The position numbers and the translations under genes are program-made. From the NCBI GenBank assembly GCA_947567695.1, contig CANONT010000004.1, forward strand, positions 1 through 61,408: a stretch of DNA of 61,408 nucleotides, read 5' to 3'. The stretch comes from an uncultured Clostridium sp. GTDB lineage: Bacteria > Bacillota > Clostridia > TANB77 > CAG-508. The notes under the pieces are model-generated. The model was given only the letters and a program-made list of their open reading frames with translations, was not told where the DNA came from and did no database searches. Shown piece by piece: positions 41,385 to 51,283 of this stretch (its first letter is position 1; the number at the start of each line of letters is the position of its first letter).

Positions 41385-43099
41385 ATGAAACAGTCAAAAA
41401 GTAAAATAAGTATAAATAATACAATAGCACTTTATTTGAGAATTAGCAGAGATGACGGATTAGATGAAAGTTATTCAATACAAAATCAAAGAAAATTATT
41501 GCAAAAAGTAGCAAAAGAAAAAGGATTTACAAATTTCATTGAGTTTGTTGATGACGGAATAACTGGAACAAATAAGGACAGGAAAGATTTTAGACGTATG
41601 ATTACTCAAATAGAGCAAGATACAGCCTTATTCTCGGCAGTTATAGTAAAAGATGTTACAAGATTTGCAAGAGATTATATAAGAGCAGGTCTTTACATTG
41701 AGGAGTTATTCCCTGAACACAATATTCGTTTTATTTCAGTACGGAGAGGGCATTGATAGTGCAGAGGGCAAAAATCCTTTTATACGGATTTATGAATATC
41801 ACAGCAGAATATTACAGTAGAGATATAAGCAAAAAGCGTAGATTATCTAACTATGTAAAAGGTAATTCAGGAGAGCCTCTATCTCTCCCACCTTATGGCT
41901 ATATGAAAGACCCTGATAATACTAAAAAATGGATTATAGACAAAAAGCCTGCAAATATAGTGCGTAGAATTTATAAAGAGTTTTTAGGTGGAAAAGGAAC
42001 AGAACAAATAGCAAATGGTTTGACAAAAGACAAAATCTTAACACCTATGAATTATTGGGCAAGTATTGGATTAAAACGTGGTGGTCTTTATAATATAGAA
42101 AATCCTTGCTTTTGGAACTCATCGACTATTCAAAAAATATTAACTTTGCAAGAGTATGTTGGAGATGTCATCAATTTTAAAACCTATTCTAAATCTTATA
42201 AGTTAAAGAAGCGATTAAAAAACAGCCCTGAAAATATGGTAATATTTAAAGATGTTCACGAGCCTATTATAAGTCGAGAGGACTTTGAGAGAGTACAAGA
42301 AAAAAGAGGAAAAGCACGAAAACGCAAAACAGCTGACGGAGAAGCAAATATATTTTCAGGATTATTACATTGTGCAGACTGTGGGTCTAATATGAATTAT
42401 CATTATAATCAAAGAAATCACGATATAAAATACTTTAATTGTGGCAGTAATAATACTAGACGTGGTAATTGCACACAAACCCATTATATACGCCTTGACT
42501 TTTTAGAACAGGTTATTATACAAGAAATACGCAGACTTACAAAATTTGCTACACAATATAAGAAACAATTTGCAGAGGTTATAATGGGTAATTCTAAAAT
42601 AACAGCCGAACAAAACAGGAACAGCAAGCAAAAAGAATTAAATATATTAGTTGCAAGAGATAAAGAACTAGACAACATCTTTAATCGTATGTATGAAGAT
42701 AATCTATCAGGCAAAATAGATGATGAAAGATTTGCGAAGATGTCAAAAACATATACAGACGAACAAACAGAAATTGCAGAAAAAATCAAACTGCTTCGTG
42801 CAGAGTTAGAAAAAGCAGAAGAAAAAACAGTTACAGCAGATATGTTCATTTCTACCGTTCGCAAATATACAAGAACAAAAAAACTAACTAGAGAGATGTT
42901 AAATGAGTTGATAGATGAAATAAAAATAAATCACGCCGAAAAATTAGATACAGGCGAAACAGTACAAATAATAACTATCTACTGGAATTGTGTAGGTGCA
43001 ATAGAAATACCTGATTTGCCGAAAATTCCTGATGTAGATGTTACAGTAAATACAAGAAAGGGCGTTAATGTGAAATACGCTCATAAATTATCGGCATAA
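41385..43099 (+). CDS. large serine recombinase, interrupted at two in-frame CGG codons
   Basis: Resolvase catalytic domain (ALYLRISRDDG), recombinase domain, Cys cluster (CADCGS...CGSNN) and coiled coil. The frame changes at 41742-41744 and 41785-41787, restoring RFISV-GEGIDSAEGKNPFI-GFMNITAEYYSRDISKK. Confidence 0.85.
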
Positions 43100-43106
43100 T
43101 AAAAAA

Positions 43107-43141
43107 GTGTTCTTATAAGACGTTAAATCCTATAAGAACAC
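43107..43141 (-). terminator. terminator hairpin downstream of tRNA-Leu
   Basis: GTGTTCTTATA/TATAAGAACAC stem, followed on the minus strand by TTTTTT. Confidence 0.65.
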
Positions 43142-43147
43142 CCAGAC

Positions 43148-43230
43148 TGGTACCGATGGTGGGACTCGAACCCACATGGTTTCCCGCTGGATTTTGAATC
43201 CAGTGCGTCTACCAATTCCGCCACATCGGC
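43148..43230 (-). tRNA. tRNA-Leu (anticodon CAA)
   Basis: 83 nt; folds as GCCGATG acceptor, GCGGAATTGGTAGACGC D arm, CTGGA-TTCAAAA-TCCAG anticodon arm, long variable arm and GTGGGTTCGAGTCCCAC T arm, with an encoded CCA. Confidence 0.92.
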
Positions 43231-43391
43231 ATGCAAAAATTTAAAATTACCGCTTTCACTAAAAAGTTAGCTGTAACTCGCTTTGCCTTGAACAGCTAAC
43301 TTAACATCAGCATGTACTAATATATATTAGCACATATTCTTTTCTTTGTCTATATTTTTTTCAAAATTCTTCTCACTTTCCCCATTTAATC

Positions 43392-43483
43392 GTTACTAGT
43401 CAGCCTTATTATTTGTTTTCTTATGAAAAAATCATATAGTAAGCTTTCTCACTAAAAAATGTAGCAGTAGGCTGACCAGTAAC
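43392..43483. mobile_element. 92-bp MITE of the same family as 31459-31712, inserted into a family A palindrome
   Basis: TIRs GTTACTAGTCAGCCTTATTA / GTTACTGGTCAGCCTAC (reverse complement) and an 8-bp duplication ATTTAATC (43384-43391 and 43484-43491). Removing the element plus one duplication copy rebuilds TCCCCATTTAATCCTAGCACTAGTGGGGAC. Confidence 0.8.
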
Positions 43484-43512
43484 ATTTAATCCTAGCACTA
43501 GTGGGGACAAAA

Positions 43513-43542
43513 ATTGCCAAAAAGGATCGTCCCCTTTGGCAA
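43513..43542. repeat. family B palindrome
   Basis: ATTGCCAAAAAGGATCGTCCCCTTTGGCAA is the reverse complement of 14502-14532. Confidence 0.8.
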
Positions 43543-43559
43543 CCTTTGGCAATTTGGTA

Positions 43560-44814
43560 TCATGATACTTTTAACAATTGACCTGGATAGATCAAATTTG
43601 GATTACCAATTCCATTTAAATTAGCTAAATATCGAACTGTCACGCCATACCTTCTAGCAATTCCTGCTAAGGTATCTCCTCTTTGAACCGTATAATAATT
43701 ATTTTGTATCACTGGATTTAAAGTAGTATTTGCACTCTCCGTTATTCTCAATTTTTCACCAGGATAGATTAAATTTGGATTCTGTATATTATTTATTTCC
43801 ACTATATGACTAACCGTAACTCCATAACTACTAGCAATTTGTGACAAAGTGTTTCCTCTTTGTACAGTGTAAGTAATGCTTCCTGTCGCTCTTGTTTCCG
43901 AACCATGCACAGTTGAGTTGGTTGCTACTCTCAAAGTTTCTCCTGGGTAGATCAAGTTTGGATTTGTTAAATTGTTAATATCTACTAATTCTTGTACCGT
44001 GGTTCCATATCGACTGGCAATTTCAGATAAAGTATCTCCTAGTTGAATGGTATAAAAAACAGTTTCTGTGTTCACGTTGTCATTTGGATTGGGTGTATTG
44101 GGAATTTCACTTGTATCCGATAAAAATATATTTTCTGTGTATAAATCTCTATCTACATTTCCTGCAATTCCAGGCACATTTCCTCGATCTGTGTATTGAA
44201 CACCAATCCATCTTTCCCAACTGGTCTCTACATCTGCCAAATTGTTATAATCTCCATAATAAGCAAGCCATAACTCATAATTATCTGCAATACTTCTATT
44301 GAATCGATCCCTAGCATTAGATAAATCGCTATATATAATAACTTCTTTATTGGTTAATCTTTTAACACTTTCTAAGAAAACTTGTGCTATGTTATTTGAC
44401 TCTTCCACTCCTACTCCGCCAAAAACTTCATAATCCAATACCAACTTGCAATCTGGTTGTTTTCCTGCTATGACAGAAGCAAAAAATCGGGCTTCTTGTT
44501 CCGCTTCCCCGTGTGTTAGTAGCTGTTAAAAAATGATAAAATCCCACTTTTAAACCGTTAGCTTTGGCATTTTGATAATTGATATCAAAATAGGGATCCT
44601 TGATATTACTTCCTTGACTTGATTTGATATAAACGACTTCAATTCCACTAGCACGTACCTGACCATAATCTATGTATCCTTGCCAATCACTCACATCCAC
44701 GCCCTGATACTGCGGATTAGAGCTAGGTGTTATCGCATATGTCATGTTACTATTTGCAAAGAACACAAATGCTATGATAATCAAACAGATAAATACGACC
44801 TTTCCCCTTTTCAC
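43560..44814 (-). CDS. GH25 muramidase with three LysM domains, interrupted at in-frame CGG 44509-44511
   Basis: Signal peptide, [11 protein letters not shown]25 motif and three C-terminal LysM repeats (YTVQRGDTL...IYPG..L). The +1 step gives [38 protein letters not shown] start behind a GGAGG. Confidence 0.82.
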
Positions 44815-44872
44815 AATAAAAAACCTCCTTTGCTCTATAATTACTCCATTATATGCAAAAGAAGTTTTTTCG

Positions 44873-47191
44873 TTATCCCTCATACTCAAAAACGGTAATT
44901 GTCTTTATTTTAATGGTTGAAAAATCCTCATTATCCTTCTCAAAATCGACCATTTTAAAAGAAGATTTTCCTTTTAATTTCATATCTAATTTAGAAACAT
45001 CTACCAAAATTTTAGTTGACAAATCTTGACCTATTGGTAATGTCTTATTTTGATTATCATAGAAAATACAATTTGTAAAACTAATAGCATTGGATCCTTG
45101 TTTCAAATGAATTTTATAAAAATTAATCTTAGATTCTTTTTCTTGAATCACTTCTTTCATTTCTGCTTCTGGGTTCATATCAAACACATTAATTTCGTTT
45201 TCATCTAATACTTTATCTTGAATCGCCTTATACACTGGCAAATCTTCTGAAATCACAACTTTTTCTAATGCTGTTTTGACATTTTCGATCACTTTTTCTA
45301 AAGCTAGTTTATATTCCATTTGCTTGGTCGTTTTATTAATATCTAATATGGAAAACTTATCTTTTGCTATCTCTCGATGTTTTTTGTTATTGATTTTTGA
45401 TACTTTGGACGAATCTTGAATCATCCCTCCAAAAATATCAAACTCATCGTTTTCTGTTAAAGTTTTCTCCTCTATGGCTTGTTTCTTCAGTTGATTTAAA
45501 TTAGCTGTAACATCTTTTGGTACGACTTCCTTATTTTTTAATTTATTGATCATTTCTATCAAGTCAGTAGAAATAATATAAATACTGTCTGTTTCTTGCT
45601 TGGATAAAGCTTGTCTTTGTATTTTATCCATTGTTTTCCCAAATTTTTCGATATCTTCTTCATAATCAAAAAATTTAGTAATTCTCTTGATAATATTAAC
45701 TTCCTCTTCCTCTCCTTCTGGTAAAGTTGCCATTTCATCTTTATTGCTATATTTCCAAAATTCAAAGATACTTTTTTTGTGACGATCGATTTCTTCAATA
45801 AATAAAGTAGCATTTTTTATTTTTTTATCCATGTTCTTTTGTTTTAATTTTAAACTATTTAGATCCAACATGACATTTTTTAAAGTATTTTCTAGTTTTT
45901 CAAATTCTCGATATAAATCAATTAATTCTTCAATGGTATAATTGACTTTTTTTGTAGCCTCTTTTTTACTGATGTCTTTTTCTTCTTCTATTTCTTGAGT
46001 TTTCGCGTTTTTATTTGGTACTTTTGTCTTTTCTTTCATTTCGCCATTATTTTTCTTTTTGCTGTATTTAAAATAATATTTGAACTTGCCAAAAAATGAC
46101 TTTTTACATTCTAAAAAGGTAGAAATCTGTTTTTCCTTAGCCAGATATTCTATTTCTTGACTTGCTACTTCTACTTTTAACTTTTCTAATTTCTTCTGAT
46201 TTTTACTAATTAGATCTTCTGCCTCTTGACATCTACTTTCTCCCAATTGAAATTCGTCATTAATCCAAGGAGCAATATTGCCGTACTCTATTTTTCTGTT
46301 TTCAACATAAAATTCAATCTCTCCTGATTTTCCAATTTGAGTTTTAAACATAAAATAATTTGGCAATTCTGTTTGCAAAATGAACATCGCTTTAATCAAT
46401 TTATAAAATTGATTCGATTCTTCTTTACTTTCTAATTTTATTTTATAAGGACTTTTAATTCTTTCATAAACTTCCGTCTCACCTACAATTTGTATGCTTA
46501 ACTCATCATTTTTGTCATATACTTCATAGATTAGTGGCCAGTCTTTTGTAAAAAGCCACAAATAATTTTCTAAATCTTCAAATTCTGATTTTTTCAAGTA
46601 TTCTCTACTATAACCTACATTTCTTATCGGAACAAAAATCTTTCCTGTTCTTCTTTTTTCTAATTTCTTTTTCAATAAATAGAAAAAAGTTGAATAATCA
46701 GAATCTTCTGTTGGTACTAACATGAAATATTGGTCTGTATTTTCAGAATAATAGATTTGCCATAAATAGTTCCCTTCAAATTTTACTTTGAAAGGTATTT
46801 TTTTATTCAGATTGGCTTGTTCTTCTTCTACTTTTTCAATGTCTTGTATTTTGATTTGTTTCAACATATTTAAAAAAGTAGTATGTTTTAAAATATTCTC
46901 CTCTTTTTTACTATCTAAGTAATCCGCCAATGGACTTGCTTTTTTATATTTTTCTTCAATCGCATCTAAGCGGTTGGTTGGGGATAGCAAAATTTGTATC
47001 TCTTTAATGGGAACATAGCGATATTGTCTGTATTGCTTTTCATCATAAAATTTGGGAATTCTAAATTCTAACGGTTCAAATTTTTTAATCCCTGCTGGTA
47101 TCTTGTCTAAATTTAATCCCAAATACTCCAACTTTTCTTCTATACTTTCTGTTTTTTCTACTTTCTCAGACAATCTTCCCTCTCCTCTCAT
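44873..47191 (-). CDS. hypothetical protein (772 aa, coiled-coil rich)
   Basis: Uninterrupted 772-codon ORF whose ATG overlaps the stop of the upstream deacetylase gene (ATGA). No recognisable motif. Confidence 0.7.
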   Translation of the reverse strand: MRGEGRLSEKVEKTESIEEKLEYLGLNLDKIPAGIKKFEPLEFRIPKFYDEKQYRQYRYVPIKEIQILLSPTNRLDAIEEKYKKASPLADYLDSKKEENILKHTTFLNMLKQIKIQDIEKVEEEQANLNKKIPFKVKFEGNYLWQIYYSENTDQYFMLVPTEDSDYSTFFYLLKKKLEKRRTGKIFVPIRNVGYSREYLKKSEFEDLENYLWLFTKDWPLIYEVYDKNDELSIQIVGETEVYERIKSPYKIKLESKEESNQFYKLIKAMFILQTELPNYFMFKTQIGKSGEIEFYVENRKIEYGNIAPWINDEFQLGESRCQEAEDLISKNQKKLEKLKVEVASQEIEYLAKEKQISTFLECKKSFFGKFKYYFKYSKKKNNGEMKEKTKVPNKNAKTQEIEEEKDISKKEATKKVNYTIEELIDLYREFEKLENTLKNVMLDLNSLKLKQKNMDKKIKNATLFIEEIDRHKKSIFEFWKYSNKDEMATLPEGEEEEVNIIKRITKFFDYEEDIEKFGKTMDKIQRQALSKQETDSIYIISTDLIEMINKLKNKEVVPKDVTANLNQLKKQAIEEKTLTENDEFDIFGGMIQDSSKVSKINNKKHREIAKDKFSILDINKTTKQMEYKLALEKVIENVKTALEKVVISEDLPVYKAIQDKVLDENEINVFDMNPEAEMKEVIQEKESKINFYKIHLKQGSNAISFTNCIFYDNQNKTLPIGQDLSTKILVDVSKLDMKLKGKSSFKMVDFEKDNEDFSTIKIKTITVFEYEG

Positions 47192-48118
47192 TTTATAATT
47201 TCATAAAAATTGCTAAATTTATATCCATCTTCTCTCAGCCAGTTAATAATGTGTGGCAATGCTTCTGCTGTTGCCGTTTTTGTTTCCGCATCATGCATTA
47301 AAATAACAACACTATTTTTATTTCCTACCGTTTCTTGTATTCTCGCCATTTCAAATTCCACAGTTGGTTGGGTCGTTTCAGCATCACCTGAAAGAGCATT
47401 CCAATCAATAGGTACAATTTCATTTTGAGCTAATAATTCTTTGGCTTGATTTTTGATATTTACATACTTACCTCCTGGCAACCCTCCAGGAAATCGAAAT
47501 AGATGAGAATTATATTCTGGTACACCAATCGCTTTTTTTACAGCATCATTGCATTGATTAAATTCATCTAACACCGCTTGTGGTGAAGAATAAATCGCTG
47601 AATAGGTATGAGAATATCCGTGATTTGCTAGATAATGACCTTCTTCATAAATTCTTTTTGCCATTTCTGGCATAGCATCAACCCTAGACCCTAAAACAAA
47701 AAAAGTTGCCTTTATCTTTTCTTGTTTTAGCGTATCTAAAATAGCTGGTGTCACTGGTGATGGTCCATCATCAAAAGTCAAAAATGCTCTTTTGGTTTCT
47801 GCATGATAAATATTTTCTATCTTGTCTCTTCCGTTCTTGCGTTAATTTAGGTAATTTTTCTTGTTTTTTCTTCTCTATTTTTGCTTGTCTTGCCTGTTCT
47901 TGTTTCTGCAAAACAGCTACTTGTGTCTCATACTGTTCATAGATTTTATATTCACTGATTATACCAATCGAATTTTTGGTAATCATGATTAAACCAATCA
48001 AGATAAAAATTAATAATATTGTTATAACAGTAGTCACTATTTCTTTGGTAGTTATTTTCTTTGGTATGGTTGTCATATATGTGTTATAATCTTCGTTATC
48101 ATTTTCATCTATTACCAT
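47188..48118 (-). CDS. polysaccharide deacetylase (NodB family) with N-terminal TM anchor, interrupted at in-frame CGG 47831-47833
   Basis: The TM segment and K-rich linker are in one frame. The +1 step gives GRDKIENIYHAETKRAFLTFDDGP (NodB motif 1), then HGYSH and the rest of the catalytic domain. Confidence 0.82.
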
Positions 48119-48205
48119 TTTTACTCCCATTCTTTTTTCATTTTTCTATATTATACACCATATTTCGATTTTTTAATAGCTTATTTGCAAAAAAAATGAA
48201 AAAAT

Positions 48206-48235
48206 GAGACAGTCTAAACCTGTCCCTCTTGTCTC
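48206..48235. repeat. family C palindromic unit
   Basis: GAGACAGTCTAAACCTGTCCCTCTTGTCTC, the inverse orientation of the unit at 33486-33515. Confidence 0.75.
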
Positions 48236-48253
48236 ATTTTATCCTTTGGCACA

Positions 48254-49532
48254 TTACATTGCATAAACTTCATTCACAAGAGTATTTATCTCATTTTGTA
48301 ATTTTTTTACTTTTGTACAATTATTACAATTGATATTTTCAATAATTGTCTTGACTTTTTTGGTAATCAAGTCTAACATCGTTTTTTCTGGTTCAATATA
48401 TGGTATTTGTTTAACATAGTTCGCTGAATTATTAGCAGTAGGATTTATAATATGAATTAAATTATTTATCATATCTGAATTCATAATCGCTAACAAATAG
48501 TACATTTTAGATATATCTTTTGGAAATATGCCAACAATAGACTGATCAAATACATTATTCTTCATTAATGTAGCATTTATATACTTGATCCATACTCACT
48601 TTTTTATAGTTCTTTTCGCCTTTTACAGAACTATTGGCTACTCTTAAAAATTTTTTATTATCTCCACAATAAAATCCTGTTACTCCATCAGCAATATCTC
48701 CTATCTTAATGTCATTATTTAATAGTCTCTTAAAATCTCTACTTTTAGTTAGTAAAAACTTTGATTGTGGCAATTCTAAAATTTCTTTTTGACTAAAATT
48801 AAAGATTTCCAGTTTTTCTAAATCTTCTTTATTAAGAATATTATTAAATTCTTTTGTTTTTGAAAATCCCTTGATGACTTTAACATTGTTCGCTAGTGCT
48901 TTATCTTGCGTTGTCTTCTGTAATGTTATAATCGATAAATTGGAATACCCAAAACTTACACCAGGGAAAAACTTTGATGGGAAGATTAATATTTCCTCTA
49001 TTTTCGTATTAGTCAATAGAAACTTTCTTAACTTATAATGCATGTTTAAAAATAAATATGTATCTGGTATTATAAATGATAGTCTACCATTATCTTTTAA
49101 TAACGAAATACATCTATATAAAAACAAAGTATAAGTTTCTTTTACATATTGCCCATTATATTTTTTCTTCAATAAATCCCTTTTTTCATAATCTTGCCAT
49201 GCTCCATATGGTGGATTACCTATAATTTTTGTATAATATCCACCGATAGAACTTATATAATCTAATCTTTCGTCTAATAATGTGTCCGATCTTTTTACTG
49301 TTAAATTATTGACATCTCTATATTTTTCATTAAGTACAGAAATAGCCTCATTATTAATATCAATAGCTTCGATCTCTATTTTTCTATCATTTTTTATTAG
49401 TGCATCTATAAACATTCCCGTACCAGCTGATGGCTCTAAAACTATGTCTTTGTCTTCAATTCTTAATTTTTTTACCATGTAGTTTGTAATATCTACTGAA
49501 TCCGTATAATAGGAACAAAAAACATCTTTCAT
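48254..49532 (-). pseudogene. N6-adenine DNA methyltransferase (gamma class, TaqI/Eco57I-like) split into two frames
   Basis: SAM motif LEPSAGTGMF, catalytic NPPYG, and a target-recognition part containing YYLLAIMNS in the +1 frame. The break lies within 48555-48600 and contains no CGG. No adjacent endonuclease gene. Confidence 0.7.
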
Positions 49533-49659
49533 GTTAACCTCCACTGCCTATAAAAATGACATTTTTATAGTTATTTCCTTTCGCTTCACTTAATGATAAA
49601 ATTTAAACACTCATCTGTTGTACGCAAGGGGTTTCCAAAAAATTTAATATAGCTAGAAA

Positions 49660-49699
49660 CCCCATTTATTCCCAGACCAGAATGGAAAACAATGGGGAC
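49660..49699. repeat. family A palindromic unit (variant with insertion)
   Basis: ACCCCATTTATTCCCAGACCAGAATGGAAAACAATGGGGAC, just downstream of the metG stop. Confidence 0.6.
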
Positions 49700-49704
49700 A
49701 TTTT

Positions 49705-51279
49705 TTATTTTTTCATGATATTTTTTAAAAATTCAACTTCTTCTTTTGCGTTTAATCTCATGAAAATAGGCTCTCCTTTTTCAATCACTTTGCAATTTTT
49801 AAGCTTGTTGTATTCTTTTAGATTTTCCCAATTTTTCATAGAATCTTCTTGCATGCCAATTTGTCGAAAGATATTATCTGCTGTTTGTTTCATAAATGGC
49901 TGAATTAAAATCGCTATTTTTCTCAAATTCTCTATTAAATGATACATACAAGATGCTAACTTTTCTGTTTGTTCTTCTTTGGCTAAAGCCCATGGCATAG
50001 TTTCATCGATGTATTTGTTAGTTCTAGCTACTAGGTTCCAAATTTCTTGAATACTATTGGCAATTTCGTATTGGTTCCATTTCTCCTCAAATTTATCAAT
50101 TTGTGCTAATGTGTATTCTTCTAGTTCTTTGTCGACTTCATTTGGTGTTCCGTTATATAGTGGAACGTTTCCCCCGAAGTATTTGTTAACCATAGATACG
50201 GTTCTATTTAATAGATTACTTAAATCATTGCATAAATCAAAATTGTATCTTTCGACAAAGGCTTCTGGCGAAAAGATTCCGTCTTGTGAAACTGGCATTT
50301 CCCTTAATAAGAAATATCTAACGCTATCGAGTCCATATCGTTCGATTAAGGTTTCTGGATAGATGACATTTCCTTTGGATTTTGACATTTTCCCGTCTTT
50401 CATCATAATCCAGTTATGGACTAAAATGTTTTTTGGTATTGGCAAATCTAATGCCATTAAGAAGATTGGCCAATAAATGAGATGAAATCTTGCAATATCT
50501 TTTCCTACAATTTGTAAGTCTGCTGGCCAATATTTTTGGAATAAGGTATCATCTTCTGATAAGTAGCCTAAAGCTGTAATATAGTTTGTTAAGGCATCTA
50601 ACCATACATAAATAACATGTTTGGGGTCTTTTGGCACTTTGATTCCCCAATCAAAAGAAGTTCTGGTGACACATAAATCTTCTAATCCTGGTTTGATAAA
50701 GTTATTGATGACTTCATTTTTTCTATATTCTGGTTTAATAAAATCTGGGTGTTCTTCATAATATTTTAACAATCGATCTACATACTTTTTCATGTTAAAA
50801 AAGTAAGATTCTTCTTTCATCAGTTGCACTTCTCTACCACAATCTGGGCATTTTCCGTCCAGTAGTTGGGTTTCGGTAAAAAAGGTTTCACAAGGCACAC
50901 AATACCATCCTTCATATTCTCCTTTATAAATATCGCCCTGTTCCATAAATCGGTCAAATATCTTTTGGACGATTTTTTCGTGTCTTGCTTCTGTGGTTTG
51001 AATATAATCATCGTATTCAATTCCCATTTTCGCCCATAGTTCTTTTGCCATTTTTGCCATTCCATCTACGTATTCTTTGGGTGTTTGGTTGGCTTCCTTG
51101 GCTTTTTCTTCTATTTTTTGACCATGTTCATCGGTTCCTGTTAGCATATAGGCTTCTTCGCCCTTTAGCTTGTGATATTGTTTGATACTGTCTGCTAATA
51201 CAGTAGTATAGGCTGTTCCTATATGAAATCTCCCACTTGGGTAATAAATGGGGGTTGTTACATAAAATTTATTTTTCAC
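49705..51279 (-). CDS. metG: methionine--tRNA ligase
   Basis: HIGTAYT (HIGH) and KMSKSKGN (KMSKS) motifs plus a CxxC...CPDCG zinc knuckle. GTG start, with its SD (GGAGG) formed by the last codons of the Fic gene. Confidence 0.95.
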   Translation of the reverse strand: MKNKFYVTTPIYYPSGRFHIGTAYTTVLADSIKQYHKLKGEEAYMLTGTDEHGQKIEEKAKEANQTPKEYVDGMAKMAKELWAKMGIEYDDYIQTTEARHEKIVQKIFDRFMEQGDIYKGEYEGWYCVPCETFFTETQLLDGKCPDCGREVQLMKEESYFFNMKKYVDRLLKYYEEHPDFIKPEYRKNEVINNFIKPGLEDLCVTRTSFDWGIKVPKDPKHVIYVWLDALTNYITALGYLSEDDTLFQKYWPADLQIVGKDIARFHLIYWPIFLMALDLPIPKNILVHNWIMMKDGKMSKSKGNVIYPETLIERYGLDSVRYFLLREMPVSQDGIFSPEAFVERYNFDLCNDLSNLLNRTVSMVNKYFGGNVPLYNGTPNEVDKELEEYTLAQIDKFEEKWNQYEIANSIQEIWNLVARTNKYIDETMPWALAKEEQTEKLASCMYHLIENLRKIAILIQPFMKQTADNIFRQIGMQEDSMKNWENLKEYNKLKNCKVIEKGEPIFMRLNAKEEVEFLKNIMKK

Positions 51280-51283
51280 TTAT

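Larger units (their letters stand above)
38436..43141. mobile_element. ~4.7-kb integrated element (serine recombinase plus rolling-circle Rep) next to tRNA-Leu
   Basis: Bracketed by direct copies of the same terminator-like hairpin (38436-38467 and 43107-43141, about 80 percent identical). The recombinase gene lies at the tRNA-proximal end, and the cargo ORFs have unknown function. Confidence 0.55.

Noticed and set aside
45559-45813. Same-strand alternative-frame ORFs inside larger genes (45559-45813 in the 772-aa gene, 50820-51065 in metG)
   Set aside because: They are embedded in longer ORFs that are either clearly conserved (metG) or far longer and uninterrupted (the 772-aa ORF), and they have no independent translation signals.
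48254-49532. A complete restriction-modification system around the methyltransferase
   Set aside because: The neighbours are metG and a cell-wall deacetylase, and no endonuclease-like ORF lies within several kb.
3523-49699. The ~31-bp partially palindromic units as CRISPR repeats
   Set aside because: The copies are solitary or paired in inverted orientation and scattered over 46 kb. There is no regular repeat-spacer array and there are no cas genes.
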